Positions 43,201 to 54,498 are shown, counted from the stretch's first letter. The stretch: DNA of 64,000 nt from Balanoglossus misakiensis (GCA_040954595.2 CM082594.2:3767319-3831318), one strand, 5' to 3'. The notes: generated by a model not told the origin, from the letters alone. Translations and numbers: made by a program.

Positions 43201-45946
43201 ATGAGTTAGGTGCACTGGATAATTATGACTGACTCCAATGCGCTCTTCCGGTCTTTTCTCGAAAGGGGTAAACATTCAAGTAATTTAGTCGATAACTTGC
43301 TTCAACGAATGGAACAATATGCAACCAACTTGGAAAGCCTTGTTGAAGAGAGGACACAAGCATTTCTCGAAGAAAAGAGAAAATCAGAAGAACTCCTCTA
43401 CCAAGTTTTACCAAGGTACGTTCAGATTCAATTAGCGATGCTAATTACACTTTGATGGCGCTGTTCACATTGGTATTTAGGCAATTTCATACTTTAGAAC
43501 ATTTTCGCTAATTCCAAAACTACTGCTTTCAATAGGAATGTCCTGCCTTTTGGTTTTGTACCCTAAAATGTTACTGTTTATTATGACCTTGGCTTATTTT
43601 AAAGACCATTAAATTAAGATTTTTTGTGTGATTTTTTATCATGCTACATGTATGCTGTTCACCGTGATATCAGTTTTCCGCCCGTCATCGGAACATCACG
43701 TGACACAGACATTTCTAACCAGCACTTTCCCGTTCATTTGCCTACGTAGTTTATATTCTGTACGTCGTTCTGAGTGCGACTTCCGCGAGTACACTTATTT
43801 CTTCATATTAATTTGGGCTGACAAGAGTTCACTTCCTCTCTTTGCAGATCCGTTGCCGAGCAACTGAAGCGAGGCAACAGCGTCGAGCCGGAGACATTTG
43901 AGAGCGTCACGATATACTTCAGTGACGTGGTAGGATTTACGTCCCTGTCGGCGGCCAGCACACCGATGCAGGTACACACAACCAACACAAGCGAAGTCAT
44001 TAGAGCGCCATGAGCGGTAGCTGTGTTGGCTTTTTTTTCAGTATGTTCGTTCATGCGTCAACTGTAGTTTACTTTTACACACACTGTGAAATTAATTTTA
44101 CTAATACCATCTTCCCCTTACTGTTTTTTTTCGCAGGTTGTCGACTTACTGAATGATCTGTACACGTGTTTTGATGCCATAATCGTTCACTACGATGTTT
44201 ATAAGGTAAAATTAATTCGCAGAGTACTAACTAGTTGTACACGTCATGACAGTTACATATTAGATTTGGTTTAAGTTATTATATATCAACACAGCTGGGC
44301 TTAGAGACTGTATTCTCCCTTCCCAGACCTCGCTTAGCCGCGAGAGCGGGCACTGTATGGTAATCCAAAATAGATCTTTCTCCATGATGGGTTTAAGTTA
44401 TTATATATCAACACAGCTGGGCTTAGAGACTGTATTCTCCCTTCCCAGACCTCGCTTAGCCGCGAGAGCGGGCACTGTATGGTAATCCAAAATAGATCTT
44501 TCTCCATGATGGGTTTCCTGGTCACATTCCGTTTGGGCCCTCGTACCCCCTCCCCAACTATTCCTTTGTGAACAAACACTGAAACTTGCCATTACATAAA
44601 AATAGTTATGAATTTCTACTATATTTCTTTCTACCCTAGCTAGCCTAGGCCCGCGTAATGACCTATGCGATGTACACGTTACACCGTGCCTGTATCTTTT
44701 GAATTCAGGTGGAAACGATAGGCGATGCGTATATGGTAGCATCCGGGTTACCAATCCGCAATGGCAACAACCATGCAAGAGAAATTGCCAGGATGTCGCT
44801 GGCCCTGTTGACATCTGTGATGTCATTCAAGGTCAGGCATCGTCCGGAGCACAAGCTCAGATTACGAATTGGCCTGCACACAGGTATGAAAATGCTGCGT
44901 TATATGGACAAGAAGTTGATTGTTGAATCTGTATTCTTTGTTGAGGGCATATAGCCCAGTGAAATACACACATATACGTAGTGAGATTATAGGACATTTA
45001 TTGCTAGTATCAGTCAAATAAAACATGGGCGTTATTCCTACTCGACCTCACTCATTCACTCACTCACACTCACTCACCAACCAACCAACTCACGCACTCA
45101 ACCAATCAATCAAAGAATCTTGCACAAAAATGAAATGTTCATTATTTCTCATCAAGGTTCCTGTGTGAGTGGTGTTGTTGGCCTTAAAATGCCCCGCTAT
45201 TGCCTCTTTGGTGACACAGTCAATACCGCGTCCCGAATGGAATCAAACGGCGAGGGTAAGATTCAAATGTTACGCTCTGAGAGTGAATCATAATGAAAAC
45301 ATGAAATACAACCAAGAACGTTGAAAAAAGACGCTGTGTAAAAGAAGCTGTTGAAGTACCCAAGAATTAAGAAAAATAAGTACAAAACCTGTACAAAGCC
45401 AGACAATAGTACAATAGCAGATAAACAGAACCAACGAATCACAATCACAACGTCGGTGTTCCCAGAAAGGAAACTACATCCACAAACTGCAACGTGACGA
45501 CTAATATGATCTCTAGAAATTAAATTTCAATTAATGGGTTCTCTTTTGTTTTGCAATCCTTCGCAGCTTTGAAGATTCATATTAGCTCGTCCACCAAAGA
45601 AGTTTTGGACACGTTTGGAACATTCCAAGTAGACCTACGAGGGCAAATGGAGATGAAGGTTTGGATTTATCTGTTTTAATCTCTATCCCAACAGCAAGGT
45701 GTATCAGCATACTTCAAAATACACGGTGTATGCGATTGAAATTATTTGAACACGAATGTTATGTTGCGACTATGGTGTCCTATGTTACGTGGAAAGTACA
45801 GTCTGTGTGGAGTTGATAACTGTTTAATGGTCACATTGATTTTCGAACAAATTATCTTGCAGGGCAAAGGAATTCAGACCACGTACTGGCTGGTGGGAGA
45901 AAATACAGGCGATAAAATTCCATCCATTAATGCCACTGACGGATAA
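18526..45946 (+). CDS. NPR1-like: Receptor-type guanylyl cyclase, atrial natriuretic peptide receptor 1/2-like (GC-A/GC-B type); 21 coding exons, 3198 nt, 1065 aa
   Basis: join(18526-19255,31862-32157,32756-32891,33215-33303,34152-34290,35497-35584,37518-37626,37991-38062,39773-39850,40214-40318,40724-40795,41467-41629,42071-42229,42722-42890,43266-43415,43848-43971,44137-44205,44709-44883,45157-45255,45567-45658,45863-45946). All introns are GT-AG and the phases chain without a stop. Domains: signal peptide, ANF-receptor ligand-binding domain (FIGPGCS, TLTRV, GDR), [12 protein letters not shown] hinge, one TM, kinase-homology domain ([36 protein letters not shown]), coiled coil ([17 protein letters not shown]), cyclase ([38 protein letters not shown]). 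Exact orthology to NPR1 versus NPR2 is not established. Confidence 0.95.
22264..22488. mobile_element. 5'-truncated, diverged second copy of the 34705-35059 MITE, in receptor GC intron 1
   Basis: Aligns by eye to ~34841-35059 (aaactcgccaaa-tgaataatcg...acaaacgggatggaagtt...taacataaacagtgt...gcagcgagagaga...tttaa). Confidence 0.8.
31862..32157 (+). CDS. Receptor GC coding exon 2 (extracellular domain)
   Basis: cccgcag| then [31 protein letters not shown]...DFEDTD, donor |gtaggt. Confidence 0.92.
32160..32367. repeat. Diverged ~100-bp tandem duplication with variable (GAT)n at the start of receptor GC intron 2
   Basis: aggta[g/c]caattggga..aaccccgaaatatgtaaaatatttatcag at 32160 and at 32258. 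Confidence 0.85.
32756..32891 (+). CDS. Receptor GC coding exon 3
   Basis: tatag| [23 protein letters not shown]...MWNRTFK G|gtaaaa. Confidence 0.92.
33215..33303 (+). CDS. Receptor GC coding exon 4
   Basis: aag| [30 protein letters not shown] |gtaagt; not in the ORF track. Confidence 0.92.
34152..34290 (+). CDS. Receptor GC coding exon 5 (juxtamembrane hinge)
   Basis: catcag| VIANYFG...[25 protein letters not shown] |gtaagt. Confidence 0.92.
34705..35059. mobile_element. Hairpin MITE with TTAA flanks and AGGG...CCCT termini (Kolobok-like), in receptor GC intron 5
   Basis: ttaaagggacaaagtctatctctcgctgc ... gcagcgagagagagactttgtccctttaa. The arms stay complementary almost to the centre, e.g. 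cacacacaacttccatcccgtttgtag / ctacaaacgggatggaagttgtgtgtg. Confidence 0.85.
35497..35584 (+). CDS. Receptor GC coding exon 6 (transmembrane helix)
   Basis: atcag| [29 protein letters not shown] |gtaagt. Confidence 0.9.
37518..37626 (+). CDS. Receptor GC coding exon 7
   Basis: ttttag| [36 protein letters not shown] |gtaaat. Confidence 0.9.
37991..38062 (+). CDS. Receptor GC coding exon 8
   Basis: ttcag| [24 protein letters not shown] |gtatga. Confidence 0.87.
39773..39850 (+). CDS. Receptor GC coding exon 9 (kinase-homology domain)
   Basis: tgtag| [26 protein letters not shown] |gtaagt. Confidence 0.92.
40214..40318 (+). CDS. Receptor GC coding exon 10
   Basis: atcag| [35 protein letters not shown] |gtaaat. 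Confidence 0.93.
40724..40795 (+). CDS. Receptor GC coding exon 11
   Basis: tgtag| [24 protein letters not shown] |gtaagt. Confidence 0.93.
41467..41629 (+). CDS. Receptor GC coding exon 12
   Basis: ctcag| [36 protein letters not shown]...YYA |gtgagt. Confidence 0.93.
42071..42229 (+). CDS. Receptor GC coding exon 13
   Basis: agcag| [10 protein letters not shown]...[21 protein letters not shown]...PPQ |gttagt. Confidence 0.92.
42722..42890 (+). CDS. Receptor GC coding exon 14
   Basis: cccag| [15 protein letters not shown]...[14 protein letters not shown]...KFN |gtaagt. Confidence 0.92.
43266..43415 (+). CDS. Receptor GC coding exon 15 (dimerisation coiled coil)
   Basis: aag| [49 protein letters not shown] |gtacgt. 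Confidence 0.92.
43848..43971 (+). CDS. Receptor GC coding exon 16 (start of cyclase domain)
   Basis: tgcag| [41 protein letters not shown] |gtacac. Confidence 0.94.
44137..44205 (+). CDS. Receptor GC coding exon 17
   Basis: cgcag| [23 protein letters not shown] |gtaaaa. Confidence 0.94.
44269..44512. repeat. Perfect 122-bp tandem duplication in receptor GC intron 17
   Basis: 44269-44390 equals 44391-44512; ggttt microhomology at the junctions. Confidence 0.92.
44709..44883 (+). CDS. Receptor GC coding exon 18
   Basis: ttcag| [29 protein letters not shown]...LRIGLHT G|gtatga. Confidence 0.94.
45046..45112. repeat. Compound (CACT)/(CAAC)/(CAAT) microsatellite
   Basis: Seen directly in receptor GC intron 18. 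Confidence 0.75.
45157..45255 (+). CDS. Receptor GC coding exon 19
   Basis: tcaag| [32 protein letters not shown] |gtaaga. Confidence 0.94.
45567..45658 (+). CDS. Receptor GC coding exon 20
   Basis: cgcag| [30 protein letters not shown] |gtttgg. Confidence 0.93.
45863..45946 (+). CDS. Receptor GC last coding exon
   Basis: tgcag| [27 protein letters not shown] (TAA at 45944-45946). Confidence 0.93.
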   Translation, partial: GKGIQTTYWLVGENTGDKIPSINATDG

Positions 45947-47458
45947 ACCTATGATCTTAGGGTAAATATCAAACCGCTAATGCGAGAAGACTATATAGAG
46001 ACTTATATCACGTCATTTGACTCAAGTTTGAAAATTCAGAACGATTGGACCAAAGTTTTACTTACGATGAAAGTGTAACTGCCAGATCATATTTGCTTTG
46101 AACATTCTGTGAATCATCAAATTCTTATTACGCTGATGTGAGATCGTTGTAAAACTATGGATTCTTGCTGATGAGGTGTATTGAGTACTGACATTGACGG
46201 AATGATTTTAAGTCTATCATATATATTGTAATGCAATGCAATGAGACGTTATGGTATAGCCCTGAGAGAATGGGGTGGGGTTGCCCATCAATTAGTACTG
46301 ATAATGTAAACAGTTCATCGACGAACTGTCCATGCGTTTACTTATGTGGTATGCGAGGAGGGTTTGTGTCAGTAAAAGATTAAAGCTACACTCAGACATC
46401 AACTGAAACATACGAAGATGTGCACTTGATACGATGTATATATAACATAACGACGTGAATGACAATGTCATCGTAGTACGAGTATCATATATGAAATAGA
46501 CGAATAAAAAATTATGCCGTTCGGTGTTTGGGAGTCAGTCCCGTAGTTGAGATACAGTAAATTTTACATAGAAACTCAGGGTTTTTCACTCAAGTTGATA
46601 CGTCTTATAAATTCAATGCGTTCCTATTTTAATTGGTAATACTTAATGTATATGTGCAAGTACAAGTTCGTTAAGTAGGTACCCAAATACCATAAAGCGG
46701 TTTTCTGGACGACATCGTAAAACATTTTGAGCGACAATTATGATGATCACAGCTGAAATATTTGATTTAAACATTTACGTCATTATTTTTGAAATTTAAA
46801 ATGGCTGCCAAATAATGTTTTAATTTGCAGAAAGTTTTAATTGTACTTCATAGACAGCCCGGTTTGAATATACATAAGATTGACTGAACTTCGTAGAAAG
46901 TCGTCCTACGCTTTTTTGGAAATCGTTTCCAAAGTTACATTTTACCCGATATCACCATGAAAACTAGTTTACCACATCTCCCCTTCATTTGGGATTCAAC
47001 ATGACAAGGTCTAGTTTGTTATTTTCCATATTCTAGTTCATTCTTCAACACTGGAGCTAGCATTAGTTTTATACTTCAACTTGAAAGTCATCCTTTACGT
47101 TTCAAAGCGATGACGACGCTTTCATTTAGTGGAGCGCCCTCAGGCGACGTCTTTCATTGTTGGATCTTACAATCCTTGGACTTGCGGGATTCCTGGCTAC
47201 AATATTATTTTTTAATCACTTGATAATATAGTCGAAATATTTTAGAGACAAACATTTTAACTTATTTGATATTCTCGATGGAGAAAAAGGTACTTCTCAT
47301 CTCAGGCAAAAATATATAAATCAGAGTAACAATTTTAGCACGCCTGTCCACAATTTTCTATTTATACGAACTTCGAATCGTACATCAATTTGGTTCAACC
47401 CATCACTAAAAACGTGTATATCGATATTTTATTGTATTATATTTGTGAGATTACATGT

Positions 47459-47464
47459 AAATAA
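47459..47464 (+). terminator. Candidate polyadenylation signal of the receptor GC mRNA
   Basis: AATAAA ~1.5 kb after the stop codon; another AATAAA lies at 46503 and usage is unknown. Confidence 0.3.
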
Positions 47465-49153
47465 ATATTACAAGAAATCCTCCTACTTTGTCTGACAATA
47501 TATGCCACATTAATCTCGCGGTGCTCTAAATCCACGAGTCAGCTATCCTATTTTTTATTTAAGATACTAATAAATATTATACTAATAGAGACTAAAATTA
47601 AGTTACCCTGACATGGTTCGTTTGAAACCCAGACACTTACTTGTTTCGATCAATCCTTTCGCCGTCTTTAATGCTGCTTGTGGGATCTTCGGCAATAAAG
47701 CCAGTCACGTACAGGGCTCGAAATTAACTGTGGTCTCGCTCGGTTTTATTCGGAACACATTATCATACGATACCTTTGAATGTCTTGTTCAAAAGGTGGA
47801 CAGTCAACCAAGATCTGACCACTCCTAATTTAATAATCTATCGGTCATTCTTAGTTCGACATGAACAAACTGTACGCGTGAAGTAACAGTACGTGAAGAA
47901 TCAGTACGATTGCACGGTGCGGGGGGGGGGGCTCAAAACCTATATGTCTTTGTATAGTATGTGTGTCATATATGGTGTTTTGTATTGCTATTGAGCTTAT
48001 TTTAATGACTTGCATTTCCACTAACCAACAAATCCCTCTGTGACAGCATCGGACGTGCCCACCGTCGCAAAAACATGATAAACAGGACAGCGGTGTTGCG
48101 CCATCTCCACAAGTGTTGCAAAATTCTCAAAGATTCGAATGTCCTGGGTGACGATGTGTATTAAGGAACAATACAATGTACTGTCAGTGGCGTCGCGATG
48201 TCTGCTCTGTTGAAAATGCATTGCGACATTGGAACGAACAATTTCCGGTGTTGCCGAAAGTAGGGCACTACAAATTAAACGCGGCCAGCGATGAATTCAA
48301 AACTCTCATATAGATAGACCCTTGTCAATAAAGCACTGTGCCATTAATACCGAACGGAAACAAAATAATTCAACAATATAAAAGTTGATAAACGTTTCTG
48401 CGTTAATTACTGCATTATTGAGCACCATATTTTCTGTTAGGACCACCAAAATAAATATTCGGTTGTCCACTCTGGCCACCACATGCTAATTTCGAGCCCT
48501 GGTGACTTACCTGTTTCCATCAATACTGTCACCATCTCCAAGTCCAAGCTCCTTGTGTGATCTTCGGCAATAACCAATAGTTTTAATTATTTTATTTCTA
48601 AATAAAGTTTTTATTTCTGTCATACCTAACTACACTAATCTCTATTCAAAATTTGACATCCCGGGCAATTAGTCCACTGCAATACATGTATTAGTTGGGG
48701 CATTATTATTAGCTTGTTGAGCGATTTCACATATATCGGCTGACATTATAATATTTTCAGAGTTTTACTGTTGTTTACTTCATGCATTGGACGTTCGTTA
48801 CAAAAAGCCTAATTAGGTATTCTAGTCAAGACGCAGCGGCGCCGCAGATCCTGCAGGATGTAACTAACTGTCGTCTGCCGCATGAAAAGCGCGCGAATGC
48901 GCAATGCAACAAACTTTGTGTCAGCAAAGCAGCTCAGAACGAAAGCACATGTATAATATCATAACGACGCATCTATGATCCGTGGCGATAATTCTCTGCA
49001 TTTAAATGACCTAAAACGCGACTGCAATAAGTTCCTGGATGTCCAGTAAATTTTACCGCAAAGCAGAAAATTAATTACGCGCAAGCTGCAGCAAAGGGAT
49101 GTCGGGCACAATGAGAACTGCGCGCAGCAGGAGAACGGACGCGAACCTTCGAC

Positions 49154-49366
49154 TTAAAGGTATACGGTCACCTATATACACATATAGCTATACAGTTACC
49201 ATGGCAAATTGAGATCTAGCCAATCACAGATTTTCAGTGGGTGGCACACGTGAAAAAAAGAGCACCACCAGGCCTGGAGAACCACCAAATGTTCTTTAGA
49301 ATACCCAAATACGCCATTTCTGACATATATTGGGGGTGTAAATTGGAGGTGACCGTATACCTTCAA
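49154..49366. mobile_element. MITE with a 16-bp perfect TIR and TTAA/TCAA flanks (Kolobok-like)
   Basis: ttaa-aggtatacggtcacct ... aggtgaccgtatacct-tcaa. Confidence 0.75.
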
Positions 49367-50494
49367 CCGCAGCAGATGCAAGCGTTGCATGATGATACTT
49401 CAAGCCGCGCAAATAAGCGCTCGCAGAAGATAACAAACTTACCTCTTCTTGAATTTTAACAATATTAATTAATATTAATATTAAAAGGATACGAAGGTGA
49501 AAGACAACCTTCCAACTTGCAAGTGCACTGTTGTTGACATCCAATGAAACTTGTCCAGTGGCTCCTGAGGTCACACACATGTAGGTTGATGCGAGCAAAA
49601 GTCACTTCGTCTGTATTCCGGGCATTTCAATCAGTATGATTCACAATAAACTCTTGTTAGCTTCGGAACTATATTCAGTCCACATAGAGTCCAAAATCGT
49701 AAGGTTGAAAGCAAGTCCATTACGATAAAATGTCATTTTCGTCTCGATCTTTTCCCTGTCGACCTCTTGCTTGTCCCCACGCGGTCGCAGTCTCAGCCAC
49801 TAGACTTACGCAAGCGCAACTTTGACAGTTAAGTTTTGAACTCATTGTTATGCAAATTATTTATCCCGGCAGGCACGAGCTCAGCAGGTCCTGCTGAAAA
49901 GTTACGGATTCGCCTGACCAGGTCATATTTACCATGACAACTTGAGAATTCTCAATCAAATAGTTTGTACCTCAGGGCCGGAACATGCGCTGACTCATAA
50001 CTCATAATTTATTTGAGTTCGAAGTCAAAACTCATTTTAAATTGCGTTGCGCCAATTTCAGTAAATACTTGCAATGAAACACTCCTCACTTGTGATAATT
50101 AATCGGTATGATCATCACTTTGTTTGGCCGTACATTACGTAACACAGGGTGAACAGTGACCTCAATGAAGACAAAGGGGATGCCACAAACAGGTGTGACT
50201 GTATACGGTGTATGTTCTTTTTATTTGGAACGGTGTTGGCAAAACAGTAAGGACACAGATAACTTTGCAACAGGCAAAACCTTAGAGAAATATTTGATCT
50301 AACAGCAGAAATATGCAATAGCAAGTAAATGATGTGGATTTGGGCTCTCTTACCAGAGATCAGTGTACATCTGGGTATCACTCATAAAAATGGGAAAAGT
50401 ATACTTTTGCATCATTTTCATTTAATCACATAAATCAAAGTCGCAACTCTGGTCACGAGTCACCATGTAAATTATTGTATAGTATACAGAGGTA

Positions 50495-50630
50495 AATTTA
50501 CAATACATGTAGTTGAAAATTCAAAATGGCTGCCAAACTCTGCGTTTGGGGAAAAAGTTATAAATTGCCGAGTTTCTTGAAAACGAAAGTTAGGCGATGA
50601 AATTGCTACCTCCCACAAGTTTGAACATAG
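50495..50630 (+). repeat. Copy of an old dispersed repeat with core AAATTCAAAATGGCTGCCAAA (also at ~46791, ~57741 and a weaker copy at ~56143)
   Basis: The same ~22-nt core occurs three to four times in the same orientation with loosely similar flanks; boundaries are approximate. Confidence 0.55.
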
Positions 50631-51258
50631 TGCTGCAATGAATTAGCACTTTGTTCAAATTTCCTGAAAATCAATCCTTGCTGTATACCTTCCTAAACTC
50701 GCCGCGACATGAAACCATTACCAAGGGTGCAGGTTATATTGGCAATGACACTTGAGATTTCAGCATACTTTAGAACAGAAGCAGATTTGGGGAAATGCAA
50801 AGTGGTGAAGCCAATTGCGCTTTTGATACACCCCAATTTCTTCGATTAGAAAAATACAATGTGAACTTGAAAAGAAATACTTCTGTCAAATCGAATGTTC
50901 AACTTCCTTCTCCGTCTAAATACATAACTCTAAACGATTCATTCTGATATCTGTCGCGTTTGCAATCGAAAAACACAACAAATACTAACGCTAACAAAAT
51001 TTTGAGCATGTGAAATGTGGGACAAAGGGCTTAAAATAAACCTCGATTCATTTAGCATTAATGAACTGGTTGGTTTATCGTCGTACAATTCTTTTTGTGG
51101 CTGTCGAAATATGAGCGAGCCTATTTGTGTTGCTCTATTGAAAACGATGAACGTTGTTCTATTTATATATCAGGTGATCACTCGGAACCCGCTTTGCTGC
51201 ATCAATAGACGGCTTTGATAAATGCATTCGTTTGACCCACATATTAATTCTGCTAAAA

Positions 51259-51757
51259 TCAACGTGGTTGATATGCTGGGGGCGCCATATCGTTCGATGT
51301 GTTAGAACTCGTACTACCTATGTGGGGTGCCGATGGTTGATGGAATGCCCCAGATGTATACCACTGGCCCTGCTCGCTGCCCAGCAACGGCGCGTTTGTC
51401 GAGTATCCTGACCCACTATGGTAAGGGTTGTAGGACGGCGTATAATCTGTCTGTTCGTATTTTGGCGGTAAGGCGCCCGGGTCATCGTACGCCGGCGGCT
51501 GTTGTGGCATCAGTGGATTTCCCTCATAGGCGCTAATGATATTCAAACTGGTCCTGTTATTTTCGTCCGTTGGTATGGCAACCGTGTTTATTTCCGCTTC
51601 GTGATGCCTGATTATTATTCGATCTGACAGGGTGTCGTCAAAATCGTCGGGTTCGTCAGAGTCCCGACACGACTGGATACAAAAACACGTGACGACGATC
51701 ACAAATAAAAGTCCGAATCCCACGACCAGCAAATTGGCGAAATGGTCATACCAGTTC
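51259..51757 (-). CDS. Shisa-like gene last coding exon (TM + PY-motif tail)
   Basis: Part of ORF 51259..51780; acceptor tacag| at 51758-51760. Confidence 0.85.
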
Positions 51758-52384
51758 CTGTAATAAACATGAACATACATGTTATCAGCACCACATTAGA
51801 ATATTCAGTGTATAAGTTGTTATTTTAGAATATTTTGGTTATTTCGTGTACTATTTTTATAATATTATTTTAATTGTTATGCTTACTGCAGCATGTTGAA
51901 ATTTAGGCGATTCTCTGCTAAGCGGCTTACTGTTATACCAATATGATAATGACACGAATGTGGTACTAAAATAGCATGTCGGTGAGCGGGATTTTGCATG
52001 TTATAACTCTTAGTACAAGGCCACCGCATTGCCCCAACCACTTAAAATGCAACGTTTTGGAAAGCAGAACACCGGTCTGGTTATCTTTACACGCGAAACA
52101 AAAATAGCCCAAATATTGCAAAAATACCGCAACCCATTTCTTTTAACGTGTGTATAATTCCTTACTATTTAAATGTATAGTTCTATATTGAATATAACCG
52201 TCATTTTCTGTTACGCCTACGTGATTACTTACATTTCGTCAACTGTCAAAGCTTCCGCTGTAAATATTTCCGATGGAGAACAGCATCCCAACATATCGAA
52301 ACAACATTCTGTCTTGTTGGAGAAGTCGTACGCACCGGGACAGTAGTACGACGTGTGGTCATTACCACAATATGTCACCAACAT
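51259..52384 (-). CDS. Shisa-like (WBP1/VOPP1/TMEM92-type) single-pass membrane protein with PY motifs, 216 aa
   Basis: complement(join(51259-51757,52233-52384)), phase-2 GT-AG intron. MLVTYCGNDHTSYYCPGAYDFSNKTECCFDMLGCCSP gives a C-C-CC-CC pattern, followed by TM LLVVGFGLLFVIVVTCFCIQSC with juxtamembrane Cys and a Pro-rich tail with PPAY, PPKY, PPAY. Confidence 0.8.
52233..52384 (-). CDS. Shisa-like gene first coding exon (Cys-rich ectodomain)
   Basis: Acceptor ttcag| at 52403-52405, ATG at 52384, donor |gtaagt at 52232; not in the ORF track. Confidence 0.78.
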
Positions 52385-53960
52385 AATGAATGTCTCCTCA
52401 AGCTGAAACGATATTAATGTTTTAGTTGTATATTTATGAACTGGGTAGACTTTGAGTCGACTCGTTGGTCTGTTGACGGTTTTCGCCCATGCATTGGACC
52501 CCTGGTGTTAGTCTAATCCTTCTGACAAGAATAACAAGTGACGCGCTGATCGCTTCTAGCCCACTGAGTCGCCGACCCAAATGATAGAAAACAGGGGTAC
52601 CCGGCGAATCTACCACGAGCTGTACTGTTTGAGCAGGTTTCTCAATCTGAAACAAACTGTCGAACTTCACCCGAGCTCACACGAGGAGTAATGACCGTCA
52701 TTTAATACGGTCTGTAGCACTGCATTTGCATGGTGAAAGAACATAACGCTGAACAGAAGTGGAATGTACGTCCATTCTCAGTTTAAGTTTTACTGTCACA
52801 GTGTCCCATATTACATTTAACATTAATATCATCCACATCAAAGAAATACATATATATATGTGTATATAAGACATGCAGATAACCGACATCTACATGTACG
52901 TATATCATTGGTGATTTCGGGACATTAAACTCATAATGTATAAAGAACGTTGTGTAAATACCAGAGTACCAGGTAAAATATTCACAGTCACGATGTGAAG
53001 CTAACGAGAATTAAAATAATATAATATATATAGCAATACCATATGTGTCTGTTGCCCTGAATATCGAAAAATGGAGGTTGATACATGTCCTGGTTTCAGA
53101 CATGGAAGGGAGAAATAATTTATCTTTTTTTTATGTGTACTGCAAAACAGTTAATCGGTTCATTTAAATCATTTAGGAATGGCAGATTGAATGGTTTAAT
53201 GCTATAAATCAAGAAGGACAATACATAGCAATCGAACAAACAGTCGAATACGCAAAACAATATTTTTTTTAAAAAAACTTTTCAAGAATAGGATTTCTCC
53301 CAATATAGACGTAGATATTTTAAAAGCTGTGTTTTGAGGTCGATATTATAAGCACAACGGAGTAATCTTTGTGGTGGCCAATCTGCCTTAAGATCTGGGT
53401 GATATGAATTCATTTCTTACTTCAACAATACACATATATTCCGTTTAGTCTGCTAAACCTCGTTTTCCCCAAAATCGATCATATCGATACTTTTTTCTGG
53501 GGACGTTTATAACGGTTCCCTTTCTTTGATGTCAACGATTGGACTATGTCCAATTCAACTATAATATAGGTACTGTGAACCTTAATTCAAAGACAAACGT
53601 TTTAACCATACTATTCACGTGTCACAGATCACCGGGCATGTTTAAATAAAAATTGAAATAAGTCAAATATTCAACATGGATGCCCAATTTATGTTAGTTG
53701 AATGAATACAAATTGAACTGTTGGTTACCATACAACATTATATTCAACACATATTTCAGAATGATTCCAATCTTGTTGAAATACACATTGTAGTAAGAAC
53801 AGGACGGGCGAAAATAATTGTATTTATGGTGTAATGTATGTAATTAAATACACATTAATACGTGGTCCCCCGTGGTATATATCCAAGTTACAACATTAAA
53901 CATGCTGTCGATATTGAATATTTGTTACCGTTTCTTTTCTTGTGCGCACAACACGTACGC

Positions 53961-53977
53961 GCACACACACACCTACA

Positions 53978-54008
<31 letters not shown>

Positions 54009-54285
54009 CATACATACATACATACATACATACATACACACATACACACACACACACATACACACATACATACACACAAACACACATACACACATACACA
54101 CATACACACATACATACATACATACATACATACATACATACATACATACATACATACATACATACATACATACATACATACATACATACATACATACATA
54201 CATACATACATACATACATACATACATACATACACATACATACATACATACATACATACATACATACATACATACATACATACAC
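53961..54285. repeat. (CATA)n microsatellite with (CA)n interruptions, in Shisa-like intron 1
   Basis: Seen directly; source of the HTYI/MYVC ORFs. Confidence 0.97.
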
Positions 54286-54498
54286 AAAATGCGTACAGAA
54301 ATGTACAATCGATACTTCTTTCTTTTGTTCCGTTCCAAGGCTTGTTTCATGGACTTTCATCCACGTAAGTATTCACTACATCTTCAGGGCACAGTATGGT
54401 ATCATACATGCACGTCATCATATGGCATTACTGAAAATACCTTGAGCAGTTGAGAGCATAGAATTTTACCAGTGACACCCACAGAAAAATTCACTCAC

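Noticed and set aside
44269-44512. Direct repeats considered as a CRISPR-like array
   Set aside because: Only two adjacent identical units with no spacers and no cas genes, in a eukaryotic intron
52430-52700. Possible SINE/tRNA-derived remnant in Shisa-like intron 1 (similar impression at 20270-20420)
   Set aside because: Only vague similarity to remembered SINE cores; no clear A/B boxes, cloverleaf, tail or target-site duplication
53862-54453. Six long overlapping ORFs rich in HTYI/MYVC
   Set aside because: Artefact of the stop-free (CATA)n/(CA)n microsatellite in an intron
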